From Pseudogymnoascus verrucosus (taxonomy: Eukaryota), in assembly GCA_001662655.1 (NCBI GenBank), contig KV460213.1: a stretch of 64,000 nt of DNA. One strand, written 5' to 3'. Both the position numbers and the translations under genes were made by a program. Within the stretch, counting starts at the first letter, position 1; each line of letters opens with the position of its first letter. Below are positions 33,320 to 44,052 of this stretch, piece after piece. Below the pieces are notes generated by a model. It did no database searches, was not told the DNA's origin, and saw nothing but the letters and a program-made list of their open reading frames with translations.

Positions 33320-35319
33320 ATGGGAAAGAGCAAGCGCGATAGTGCGTCTCTGGACTATGATGAGCCTTCCAAGCGCCCTCGACATTCCAGTAATGCCCCG
33401 CCAAAAGGAGAGACCCAAGGCCGCATCGACCCAACCTACGGCCAGAGGAGCGCCTTTCCTGGACTCGACGAGGACGGCGGCTTTGGGACTGAGGATGACG
33501 ACCTCGACTACGGCGATGATGCTGGGGCTATAAGCTATTTGAGAGCTGTCAGGTGTGTTTATTTGCCATCCCCATTGCGACAGTTCATGCTAACCCAGGT
33601 TATAGGTCCGAGGCTGCTGGAATACCGACTGTTCTTGTCGCACCTAGACCCATACTCGAAGGAGACGAAGAAGAGGACAGGACCATGTACGATGACGGAG
33701 TGGGTGACAGTCGCGGCTTCTACTCGGACGGCGCGTATACCGCTGCGCCAGATCCACAACCTGACACTCCTGAGATCCCACCTGCGAAGCACCTGCGGGC
33801 CGTGTACTTCGAAAAGATCCTCGAGCGCTTCGAACACCTGCGCGAACAGCTGGGCAACACCCCTCCAGACAATGTCGTCGAAAAACTCGACCAGAACCAC
33901 GATTCGTACATGTCCGCCTCTGCTCCGGATTATAGGAAGTGGAGGTGGAGGGTCATCAATACAGAGCCAATGAACGCGCAGCTGGCGAGGATGGACAGGG
34001 CTACATCGCTCAAGCTGCTGAGACTATTGACAAACGACAAACTTGCGATGGGCGGGAGCACAATTCCTACCGAAAGGCTGAGCAGGTGGATTTGGGGAGT
34101 GCTGGCGAGACTACCAGATAGTGGAGAGTTGAACAGCGAGGAGATTGGGTTGGTGAGGGATTTGGGCAAGAGGGCTGTGTGGTTGGGTGTTGTGATGAAC
34201 CAACCTCAGTCTGATACGGCGGCTGGGATGCCGGGGGATGAGGATAATGAAGGCGGGGAAGAATATGAGGACGACGAAGAAGATGGAGAGGTGGGAAATG
34301 AGTTTCCTATCCCAAAACCTGAAGAGAATGGCGCGTTGGGGGAGGCAGTTGAAGATAGGACAGAGATGGGCGCCCATGAGCCACACGTTAATGCCCCAGC
34401 GGCTTCACGGTATAATATATTTCGGTTCGACCCACCGGCCACGAATTCAGAAGCTGTAAATGCCACTCTGGCAAAGGCTGTGCTCGAGGATTCTTTCTGG
34501 GGAGATACGCCGATGCACATTCGGACACAGTTTAATATCGACATCGATGGTCCAATAGTGGCCTATAAAGGACACCTACCAAACCCAGAGATCTATAATT
34601 TCTTTCGTTTCGGCCACGAGGATCAGCTTACCGAAGAACAATTGGGAGCTAGAGAGCGCCTTCGCAACTTCTACAGACGGAATCGGGGATATGCGCGCTC
34701 CAATTTACCGTTTTATTACCTAAGAAACCGTTTAGCGGAACAATACAACGGGCCACTGCCACCAGCAAAGCAGCCTGGTGGCAATTGGGGATACGATTTT
34801 GAAGAATTTATACGCCAGAACCCAGATTATCCACAATTTCCTGACTTTCTCAATGACGAGCCACGAAACGTCCCAGGTGTCAAATTTGGCGACGAAGCTT
34901 TTGACAGAGCCTGGCAGGCTGCTGGCCTTGATACTCCGCAAACTAGGGTATATGACGACGGCCAAGACGAAGAAGAAGAAATCGCCATGGAAAAACTGGG
35001 TCTAGTCGCTGGTAGGGACCGTCGCCCATCTGTCATTGAAGAGCCCAAGCCCGAAGAGAAGGGTGAAGAGGAGACATTAGAAGCCGCGCGTGGTCGTATT
35101 CTTGCACAATTAGGAAGAGCGGGAGATGCAAACGCTGCTGAACTGTCGCGGGCACGGGACGCTTTGAAGGAACAGGAACTTAAAGAGCGAGCTCGTGAAG
35201 AAGAAGAAGACGCGGCAAGATTGCTGAACGCAAAGGCGACAGTGGACATGATTATTACAGTAGCGGGCGAAATATATGGACAAAGGGATCTGTTGGAGTT
35301 CAGGGAGACATGGGATTAG
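33320..35319 (+). CDS. Gemin2/Brr1 (SIP1)-like snRNP assembly protein with a long central insertion; intron 33553-33605
   Basis: YGQRSAFPGLD, AISYLRAVR|SEAAGIP, RWIWGVLARLPD.GEL..EEIG.VRDLGKRA and C-terminal ATVDMIITVAGEIYGQRDLL. Confidence 0.75.
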
Positions 35320-35456
35320 TGTTGACAGTCAACATCATGGAGGAATTATATAATATTGTCTAGTCTAATGTAATAGTAGACAAAGCTAAGAATGTGCACC
35401 TTAGCAACTAGCTGTTGCTTCACAACCGAATACGGCTGGCATGGTAATCACAGCCA

Positions 35457-36749
35457 CTACTTCTCATCGGCGAACTCAGCTTCGTCATAAGAATACCCTT
35501 GCTTCTTCAATGCCCACTTAACCGCCGCCTGCACGTTATCCACAATCATCTTCGGCTCGTACTTTGGTGGCTTCCCCTCCTGCCACACCCCCGTCTTCAC
35601 CAGAATACTATCCCAGCTCGTCCCAGTCGGGCTCTTGAAATTATTAGCACCCCTGATATCACTCTCCGGGTTGTCCCCAATCATAAACACCTGTTTGAGA
35701 TCCCCCACTTCCTCGTGGAGAGCACTCAATATCTCGACCCTGTGCTTCTGAAGCACGCGCTCCGAATACAGATACGTCTCCTGCGTAGGCTTCCCCATGA
35801 CGAGCTTAGTTAACTCCGCGCCATCGGTAACTTCGTCCCACACGCCCTGGAATGCGGCGCGGAAGCCGCCCTGGCCGAGCCGCGAAAGAGGGTGCGAGGT
35901 GGCCCAGAACAGGTCGGGGTTGCTGAAGATGAGCTTTGGTTGGCCGTCCTGCAGCCAGCCGTTGTTGGGGAGCGACTTGTCCCCGTTCTTGGCGGAGTAG
36001 GTGTTCAGCTCGCCTTTGGAGGAGAGAAGGAGGTCCAGTATGATTTGCGTGTCAAGTGCCCAGTCCTGGGGATCGGAGAACACGAAGATGGCGTCGATCT
36101 TGAGAGGTCCGGGAGGGAGCGGCTTGGCGATAGAGGAATAGTGTGAAGCATGAAGAGCGGCGAAGGGCCATATATTTGGGTGAGCGGTAAGAATATCCCC
36201 CGGAGTCACAACGTTCTTGAAGCCATATCTGTGAGCAATATCCCGAACTCGTTGCTGATCGGTTCCGGTGACGAAAATCGTCTTGTCTTTCAGCGCCTCG
36301 TAGTCGTTGCTGCCGTTGACCATCTCTTGAAATGGCGTGTGGCTCTGCACAAAGTTCTCTAGGCTTAACGGAACATTGAATCTGGAGCTTAGCTCTGCGA
36401 CGCGTTCGGTTTCGTGCTTGCCGCCGCCGTTGGTCAGGAGGATGAAAGGAATCGAGTGTTTATTTAGAAATCGCAGGGTTGACGAGGCACCCGGTAGGCT
36501 TTTGGAGGAACGGAGGAGAACACCATCAATATCAAAGGCAAATGCGAAGTCTGGAGGCGTTGGCACAGTGGTATTATCGTCTCGTGGTGTTGACTGGTGG
36601 CGGAATTGCCGTGCATGTAGCCGATGCGTTGCGATGGCGGGGGATGCTGAGGCAGCAGATCGGAGAACCGGGCGGGCCCATGATGCTTGCAAGATTGGCC
36701 GGGCAAGGCTAGGAGAGCGAAGAGCTCTTGGAATAAGTAAAGGCTTCAT
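35457..36749 (-). CDS. HAD-IIA hydrolase, CECR5/HDHD5 (YKR070W-like) family, mitochondrial
   Basis: FAFDIDGVL, LLTNGGG, FSNPDL, MGKP, MIGDNPESDIRGAN and SILVKTGV. Confidence 0.93.
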   Translation of the reverse strand: MKPLLIPRALRSPSLARPILQASWARPVLRSAASASPAIATHRLHARQFRHQSTPRDDNTTVPTPPDFAFAFDIDGVLLRSSKSLPGASSTLRFLNKHSIPFILLTNGGGKHETERVAELSSRFNVPLSLENFVQSHTPFQEMVNGSNDYEALKDKTIFVTGTDQQRVRDIAHRYGFKNVVTPGDILTAHPNIWPFAALHASHYSSIAKPLPPGPLKIDAIFVFSDPQDWALDTQIILDLLLSSKGELNTYSAKNGDKSLPNNGWLQDGQPKLIFSNPDLFWATSHPLSRLGQGGFRAAFQGVWDEVTDGAELTKLVMGKPTQETYLYSERVLQKHRVEILSALHEEVGDLKQVFMIGDNPESDIRGANNFKSPTGTSWDSILVKTGVWQEGKPPKYEPKMIVDNVQAAVKWALKKQGYSYDEAEFADEK

Positions 36750-37303
36750 GATCTATTATATGTTAGACAATGAAGAGGGGCTTGGGTGTCATCGCGAAAG
36801 GCAGGAACGCGATGGTCCCTGTCCCTGAAACAAGCCCGAGTGGCTCGGAGCTAAGATAAGATAACGATCTATGGGTATCAACGGCATGACGTAGGAGAGA
36901 GGGGTTTAACAACCAAAGAAGGTCGTTACACTGTTACACTGCCTAACTAGGTGAAGCTATTCTGAATACATTCTGATGGTATGTTCGAATAGTAATCTTT
37001 TTGCATCTGTTAATGTCTAATCGGTCTTCAGGTAGGTCACTGGAGCTCTCCATATGATTTTGCTCACACCCACAGCAAGACGGAAAATTGTTTCCCCGGA
37101 ATGCATCATAGATTCAACGACGCTTGAATCATCAAGAGCTTCCCAAGTCGGCGCGCAACACTTTCTCATGTCTTACACCAATTACACTTTCAGGTGAAGC
37201 CACCGGATCTCAATAATGTTTGGCTGCTCAGGGAACTCGCCGTGAGCGGCATCGTTTGACTGAACCCCGGTTGCACTGTGTGATTGGAATCCATATCGGG
37301 ACA

Positions 37304-38650
37304 ATGGCCCTAGATGCCCAAAGCAACTGGGATGTCGAGATGCCACAGTTGCGACTGGGTGCGACTGGGACAGAGGAAAAACTTCCATCAATGAGCCCTT
37401 CTCAACCGGCCTTGGTCGCAACCTCAACGCCCGGAAAAGAGATCGAGCTGCCCCTGGAGGTATTGATTCAGATTGTCTCGTACATCCCGCGTCGACAGCA
37501 GTACCAGAAAACTTTATGGGCATGCTGCCTTGTATCTCGCGCCTGGTACTCAGCAGCAGTTATGTTGCTCTATGAACGACCACATATCGGAGGCGGCAAC
37601 TTCCAAGAATTCGTCGCGACCATATGTCCATCCAAAAACGCTCACATTCGCAAGAGCCAGCTGGCGGGTATGGTCAAGAATCTAGATATGGGCTCACTAG
37701 TGCATGACGGCAGCAAAAGCTTGACCGCACGGCTCCTTGGGAGGTTAAAAGGTAGTCTCGAGGAGTTCGTTGCTCCCCAGGCGTCATTCTCGATAAATTC
37801 TTTCGCGGCTCTGGCCAAGTGTAAAAATCTCAAATTCTTGAATCTTTCTCTGATGTCAGCTTCCATCTCGATCAGAGTTCTTTTCCAAACTCTCAAATCT
37901 TTAGATAAGCTAGAAACGCTCTTCTTCCCCCGGACTTCGAATCAGGATGAGGGCCGTGAAAGCCCATATGATTGGCCTCCGAAATTGCAGGCGCTACATA
38001 TCGCTGGAGGTTTGTCCGCATCGAACCTTTTTACAGCATCGAGAATTATACTGAACGGTGACAGGTGTTGACGATTACTTTCTTCGCGTTCATGCCACGA
38101 ATATTCCCTCATCTGTGGAAAGAATTAGCATCCAACATTGTTCGCAGATATATACAGAGTAAAGAAAATCCGCTTCTTTGTTATGGCTTAACTAACTCCT
38201 GTCAGGGCTTTGCAAGAGTTCCTGTTAACAGTTGGTCCACAGTTGCGACACCTAACTCTGCGGCACCCTCTGATCAAGCTGCCACCGGGAGTGCTTAATG
38301 GCGTCCTACAATGGTGTCCCAACCTGGTTGCCCTTCGTATCAGTGTTGATTATGTCTCTGATGCATTGTTAGAGTCCAACGGAGTCAAATGTCACCCTCT
38401 TCGTGTTCTGGAACTCGACTGCTCAAATTCTGCGGATGCCGAAGTTGGCATCTCACCAGATTCCATATGGCTAGCCATAGATAATGGGTATTTGCCAGAC
38501 TTGCGTAGCATTATAGTTAATGCGCGGTTGGCATGGCAAGCTACAGAACGTCTTCGGACTTCCGTTTCTGATTTGGTGGAGCTGGTACAGGAACGGGAGC
38601 GAAAGAACCCCCTGAAGTTAACACCAGGTGTATGGAGTGTTGTGTCATGA
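37304..38650 (+). CDS. F-box / leucine-rich-repeat protein; introns 38010-38064, 38159-38205
   Basis: F-box LPLEVLIQIVSY...ACCLVSRAWY followed by LRR-like repeats. Splicing joins the three ORF fragments in frame. Confidence 0.85.
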
Positions 38651-39914
38651 ATAGGAGAAATATTCCGATTGCCCTCGTCGACTCATTTGGTGAAAGCTTG
38701 ATGTTTCATCTGGATGCCAGGCAACGAATGTCAAGGTAAATTTCAACAGCTGAGTATATGTAGGCTATATCTACGCCGCTTGAACAAGGTAGGACATGAG
38801 ATGGACATTGATGTTAAATACATTTAACTCCTGAATCCAACAAACTTCCCTTCGTTCTGTATGTGATAATCATACTCTCTTACCATTCTGTCTGTGTCAT
38901 GGGTGCATCTCTTTGACTCATTGCCGGTGCTTGATGTTGTTAGTGCAGGTTGTGAGTTCTCTCATTAATATAAGCTTCTTTTCCCGTTTATTATTTGCCA
39001 TCAGTGCTTGGTAACTCGACACACCTTGAGCAGATCAAGGCCTGGATAACAGTATAGGGCGCAAAAGAAGAAAACGGCAAAAAAGGGGTTCCATACGCTT
39101 TTCTATGCTGCATACCTTCAGGGGCATCAACACTATTCTACGCCTAAACCATTGACTTTATCCCCAAGGTGCTATACACTACGTCGATAGATTGGCCATT
39201 CCGAATTTGGACGATAGCTTGTTGCAGTCAAGCGAAGCTTTTATCAATCTAACATTCTGGCTAGAACCTTGCTGCTGTAAAACAAAGCATCAACCGATCC
39301 ATCACCTCAACTGAAACTATAGCTTGCTGCAGCGAAACCAAACCAAATTGCTCTGTGGTTACGAGTGGCAGCTCTTCCCACTTGCTGATCTCAAAATAAC
39401 CAAGTCTGATCACCGAAAATAACCCTGCCGCCGGTTGCCAGCTGCAATCGACGGCACGGTGTCCAAATAAACGACAATCACGTTCAAAGGAATGATTATA
39501 TGTCAGAGATTCAAGGATAATCATAGAACCGTTTCCGCAAAATGGGAGGTCATATTGGGCCTGATGGCTACTATCGAAGTTAGTTACCAGCTCTCCATCG
39601 CAACTTCCCTATTACAAATGAACTATCTAAAATAACACTTCATTTTAGGCCGTCGCAATCGCCAATCCAATGCTAACCGTCGCCGTAATGGGCCATCGCT
39701 GAACAGAACAGAATCGTATAGTCATATTCAAGTCGTCGCCCGTCCGGATGCCAACTCGAATATACGACAGGAGCCACAGAGCCCGTTTGTACAAAACAAA
39801 TCGCTGCAAGACGAAGACTATAGCATAGGTGAGTGCGGATACAATAACAACACACCAACAATAGCTTCTTACTCTGGCTTTGCCCCATTTTCGTTTGCTC
39901 AGGTAGCTGCAAAC

Positions 39915-42383
39915 ATGTCTGGACCTGGCCGATCTTCAAATGCGACCAGTCGCGATATAACATATGATGGAGACGGGGAAGCAGCTCCTACAGCGGACCA
40001 GGCATCATTCCAGGTAGTTGGTCCTCGCAGATGCACACTGAAAGTGAGCAAAAAGAAAGCAAAGAAATGGTCTCCATTCGACCTTGGGAGTTCAGAAGGT
40101 GAATTTGATATTGATGATACGCGGGCCGCTATTCCTATTACAGACAACCCAGTCCCCGAGCTTCCAACAAGCGTCCAAGAGACCTCTCACACTCCAATCG
40201 CAGAAACTCAACAACAAACCAACCAACTTCAGGAATTTTCTCCTACGCCCTCAGTAATATCTAGGGAGCGTCGTGAATCCTTCTTTGGTAACTCCAATAC
40301 CAAATGCAGTACCGCAACAGATATTGCATTTAACGCAGCATTTCCACAGGTGCGCAATACACCAACGAAATCCCCGCCGGAACGTTCAATTATTCACAAG
40401 GAGGACCCTGAAGATACAAAGCTACGACTAGAAGATATTATGGCGCGAATTGATGACGTCTTCGACGTGGAAGAATGGGATCCTGACTTGCCAACTGGAG
40501 GTTCCAACAATTCACCTGAGCAACTTACTGCAGAGCCTCAGAAGGTCACTTACACCACTGTGGGATCAGTTGCCAAAACTGACGCCGTTCCGACCTTTTC
40601 TCCCCCTATTCGCATTCAACGTGAGGGTTCTGGTCGTCGTTTAACTGTTCCTACGCCACGCGGAACTGATAATTACTACAACCGCAACCAGCAGCCTGGA
40701 AACAACTCCAGTCCCAGTTATGGGCCCCCCACAAACATGAAGAATCTCAGATTTTCACAGCAGCAATATGCACCCCCTCCTCCACTCAATATCGCGGGAC
40801 TTGAAAACTTGTACTTGTCCGATCTCGAAAAGGAGGTTTTGTTCAACACAATGAACGATAGTGCTGCTGGGTCCCCCCAAAATGAACAACAGCAGGCTAC
40901 CTCGGCACCGGATGTGTCGCTCAACAATGCACCCAGCGGAAATTTCAGCGTCCAGAAAATGCTTCAGGAAGAGGCGTCTGGACCTAGCACTCATTTGACA
41001 GGCTCCTCAACCTTCGCTGGCCTCAATAAGATGCAAACCCTCCAAAGACTAGCTCAATTTGAGAACCCAGCACAGGTGTTTGCAAAAGGCCGCCTTGCAG
41101 AATTCAAAGCAGAGAAGATGAAGCAACAGATGTCTGATCTGGCGGCTTCGAGTGCTAAAGCCGCCTCCCAGGCTCAATCCTTTGAACATGGCAATAAAAC
41201 TGGAATGCATCAGTTTGGCGAGACTGGATCGGATTCCTACAAGACTGCTATCGTGAGCTATGGCTCACAGTATCCGGGCCCAGAGAATGGTAATCCTCTT
41301 CAGCCAGGCTACAATTCATTTGGCCGCGAGTACCCGATGAATGGATACAGTTCAAAGCCCCAACTTCTTGCTCCGCCAGGTTATCCCCAACCACTGACAG
41401 CCGGGCCTCCTCGACAAGGGCAAAATTCAGTTGCCTTCAATAGGCTTGCTTGGACCTCTGGGAGCAGCCAGCTTCCAGATACCCCACAACAATTCCAATC
41501 TCCACCGGTCGAAAAGCAACACTCCCCATGGAATAACCAACCTCCACCGGTTGAAAAGCAATACTCTCCATGGAATAACCAATCCCCACAAGTCGAAAAA
41601 CAATACTCTCCATGGAATACCCAATCTACACCGGCCGAAAACCAATACTCTCCATGGAATACTCAAGCACCACAGGCCGAAAAGCAATATTCTCCATGGA
41701 ATAACCAACCTCAGCCGGCTGAAAAGAAATACTCTCCATGGAATAATGCCAACGGAAGCTTCAACCAGCAATCTCGGCCCTTCAGCTCCACCGGGCAAAA
41801 TCACATTAGAGATACGTTGTCACTTGAGGAGATGTCCAAGTACTACCCCAACGGCTTTGGTCCCAACTTCCATTATAACGGTGATAGCGAAGAGCTCGAT
41901 GAAGACACAAAGCTATCCCTCCTGGGACTTGCAAATGAATCCTTGGAAGTTAAACAGCGTCGTAAGGCAGAGAAGCTTGATGAGTGGTTCTACAGCGGCC
42001 CCAGCCGTTTAAATATGACAACCACTGATCATATCCAGGAGCTTGATAGCAGAGACAAGGGGATTCTACCATCAGCTCCACGTGCAAACATGGCCAATCG
42101 CGAAGTTCTCTCAGTGAAAGAGATTAGAAACAAGACAGACTCGGAATGTGGTGCTCCTCTCCTTGACAACCTCTTTGGGACCCTTGTGGCTTACTCCGAT
42201 GATGTTGCGCAGCCAACAAACAGGCGCATCATGAGCAAATTTATGCAATCTCCAGCTTGGGCTCTTGATACTTCGGAGGAGGGCAATAAGAGTATCTTTG
42301 GCGATGATTGGGTGGCACCCCCAAAGCGTTTGGGAAGGGACCCTCGCTATACCCGTTCCAAACTGAGCGAAATGTGGGACTGA
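39915..42383 (+). CDS. Uncharacterised, largely disordered Q/N/P/S-rich fungal protein with a 14-aa tandem repeat
   Basis: 822-aa ORF with a basic N-terminal motif KKKAKKWSPFDL and C-terminal FGTL...SIFGDDWVAPPKRLGRDPRY. Exact termini are uncertain. Confidence 0.75.
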   Translation: MSGPGRSSNATSRDITYDGDGEAAPTADQASFQVVGPRRCTLKVSKKKAKKWSPFDLGSSEGEFDIDDTRAAIPITDNPVPELPTSVQETSHTPIAETQQQTNQLQEFSPTPSVISRERRESFFGNSNTKCSTATDIAFNAAFPQVRNTPTKSPPERSIIHKEDPEDTKLRLEDIMARIDDVFDVEEWDPDLPTGGSNNSPEQLTAEPQKVTYTTVGSVAKTDAVPTFSPPIRIQREGSGRRLTVPTPRGTDNYYNRNQQPGNNSSPSYGPPTNMKNLRFSQQQYAPPPPLNIAGLENLYLSDLEKEVLFNTMNDSAAGSPQNEQQQATSAPDVSLNNAPSGNFSVQKMLQEEASGPSTHLTGSSTFAGLNKMQTLQRLAQFENPAQVFAKGRLAEFKAEKMKQQMSDLAASSAKAASQAQSFEHGNKTGMHQFGETGSDSYKTAIVSYGSQYPGPENGNPLQPGYNSFGREYPMNGYSSKPQLLAPPGYPQPLTAGPPRQGQNSVAFNRLAWTSGSSQLPDTPQQFQSPPVEKQHSPWNNQPPPVEKQYSPWNNQSPQVEKQYSPWNTQSTPAENQYSPWNTQAPQAEKQYSPWNNQPQPAEKKYSPWNNANGSFNQQSRPFSSTGQNHIRDTLSLEEMSKYYPNGFGPNFHYNGDSEELDEDTKLSLLGLANESLEVKQRRKAEKLDEWFYSGPSRLNMTTTDHIQELDSRDKGILPSAPRANMANREVLSVKEIRNKTDSECGAPLLDNLFGTLVAYSDDVAQPTNRRIMSKFMQSPAWALDTSEEGNKSIFGDDWVAPPKRLGRDPRYTRSKLSEMWD
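41502..41750 (+). repeat. 42-bp coding tandem repeat x6 (PPVEKQYSPWNNQx)
   Basis: Six units with core GAAAA.CAATACTCTCCATGGAATA. Confidence 0.95.
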
Positions 42384-42959
42384 TGCTAACCACTTCTACC
42401 GACTTGTTTTTGGCGATAGCAATGCGTCGGAATTCCCAGGGCGTCGGATTACGAAGGCGCTAATATTGCTGAGGCTTTGGTGTTACTGGGTAGCTATGAC
42501 GGGGACGGCGCTATGGATCTTTCGGGTGGCTGCTATGACACTTTTGATGATTATGAAGAGATACCAACCTGTTTTTTGCTTTAGTTTTGCTTTTCGCCGA
42601 TTTGTCAAGCTCGGCTTTTTGCTACTCTGGGAATGGACAAGCTACGGGTAAAGATAGGCAACATTGCACCCAAATAAATAATATGTCCCGAACAGAAGTT
42701 ATCCGGCGTGTGATCAGACTATATTTCATTCCGGCGACATCTAACTGGTGTCTGTCCTGGACATAACTGCAAATTGGCACCAGTAATCCGGGCCTCTTCC
42801 TTTCAACCCACAGCCCATGTCAGTTATTCTGACATTCCACACCCTGGTATCTTAGAATTGCGATTTCTTCCCATATTCCTACATATCGTGCCGATCATTC
42901 ATCCATAGACACGACAAACCCTCACGCCCCAACGCCAGTCCATGCCTAGTATACAATGC

Positions 42960-43469
42960 TCATTTCTCGTCCTTCGGGTCCTTCGGGTCCTTGGAGTTCT
43001 TCTTCCTCTCAAAAATACCCGCTAACCACTCCTCCAGCTCCCTCTCTGCCTTCGAATCCCCTCCCCCAGCTACCCTCTCCGTCCCCAACCGTCCCCTCAT
43101 CTTCGCCCTCAACTCATCTATACTCGCGATATCAAATGCCCACAGCATTCCACCCGTGCACATCATAGCCAGACTGAACACATTCGCCGTCGCGATCGTC
43201 AGCGCATCCATAGCCTCGACTTGCAGGTTGAGAGGCGGTGCCGCCTGGTTCGAGGGTTGGTAGAACGACGGGACTATGGCTTTGTAGCGTCGTACTAGCG
43301 AGCGGCGTGTGATCAAGCTTGCGATGCCGAAGAAGGCCGCGCCGCCGAAGAAGAGGCCGAGTTGGCGGCGGTTGCGGAGGCCGGGGGAGATGGCGGGTTT
43401 GGCGGTTGGCGCTGGGGCGGCCTCAGTTGGGCGGATTGAAGACATGGCTGGGGCTTCGGCGTGGGCCAT
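42960..43469 (-). CDS. AIM11: Altered inheritance of mitochondria protein 11-like membrane protein
   Basis: RQLGLFFGGAAF...ITRRSL.RR...PSFYQPSN...EAMDALTIATANVFS..MM.TGG.LWAFDIAS.DELR. Confidence 0.75.
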   Translation of the reverse strand: MAHAEAPAMSSIRPTEAAPAPTAKPAISPGLRNRRQLGLFFGGAAFFGIASLITRRSLVRRYKAIVPSFYQPSNQAAPPLNLQVEAMDALTIATANVFSLAMMCTGGMLWAFDIASIDELRAKMRGRLGTERVAGGGDSKAERELEEWLAGIFERKKNSKDPKDPKDEK

Positions 43470-44052
43470 TGGAGGGTGGGTTTGCGGCGAGGTTTGCGAG
43501 GTTGTCGAGGAGGTGCAATCCCACTTAGATCAGTCGCGGATAGCTTTGGGATGAGATATGGCCGCTCTGATCGATTGGAAGCTGTGCGCCGGAGGTGAGC
43601 GTAGTAGAGAGTGAGGCCCAGAATTTAGATCTTGAATACTATATCGGGAATAGCGCCATAATGTAGTTATGATGTAATCACGTGATGGTTTTCATGTTCC
43701 GTATAGATTTATTGTGCCTGCCTGTTGCTGTTGCTTATATTTACTATGGCGATTATATTTGTATATTATTCAGTGGGGTCTTGGTATTAATGGGTTTGCT
43801 CTTGTTTGGGCTGCACAGTTTTGAATATAATGTGGAAATTTACTGGACGGGAATATATTGTAGGATTTGTATAAAAAGTAGTTATCAAATAGCCATATTT
43901 CCAGTCTCCAAAAACATCTGTAAAATTTACTAACTATTCGGAATATAATTCAATATATCTACTATTTTCAAGCCCATATATAAAGACCGACTCATCGTAT
44001 ATACAAACCTCCATCACTTCACCCCTGCTTCACCAAGTTTACTCACTACCCC

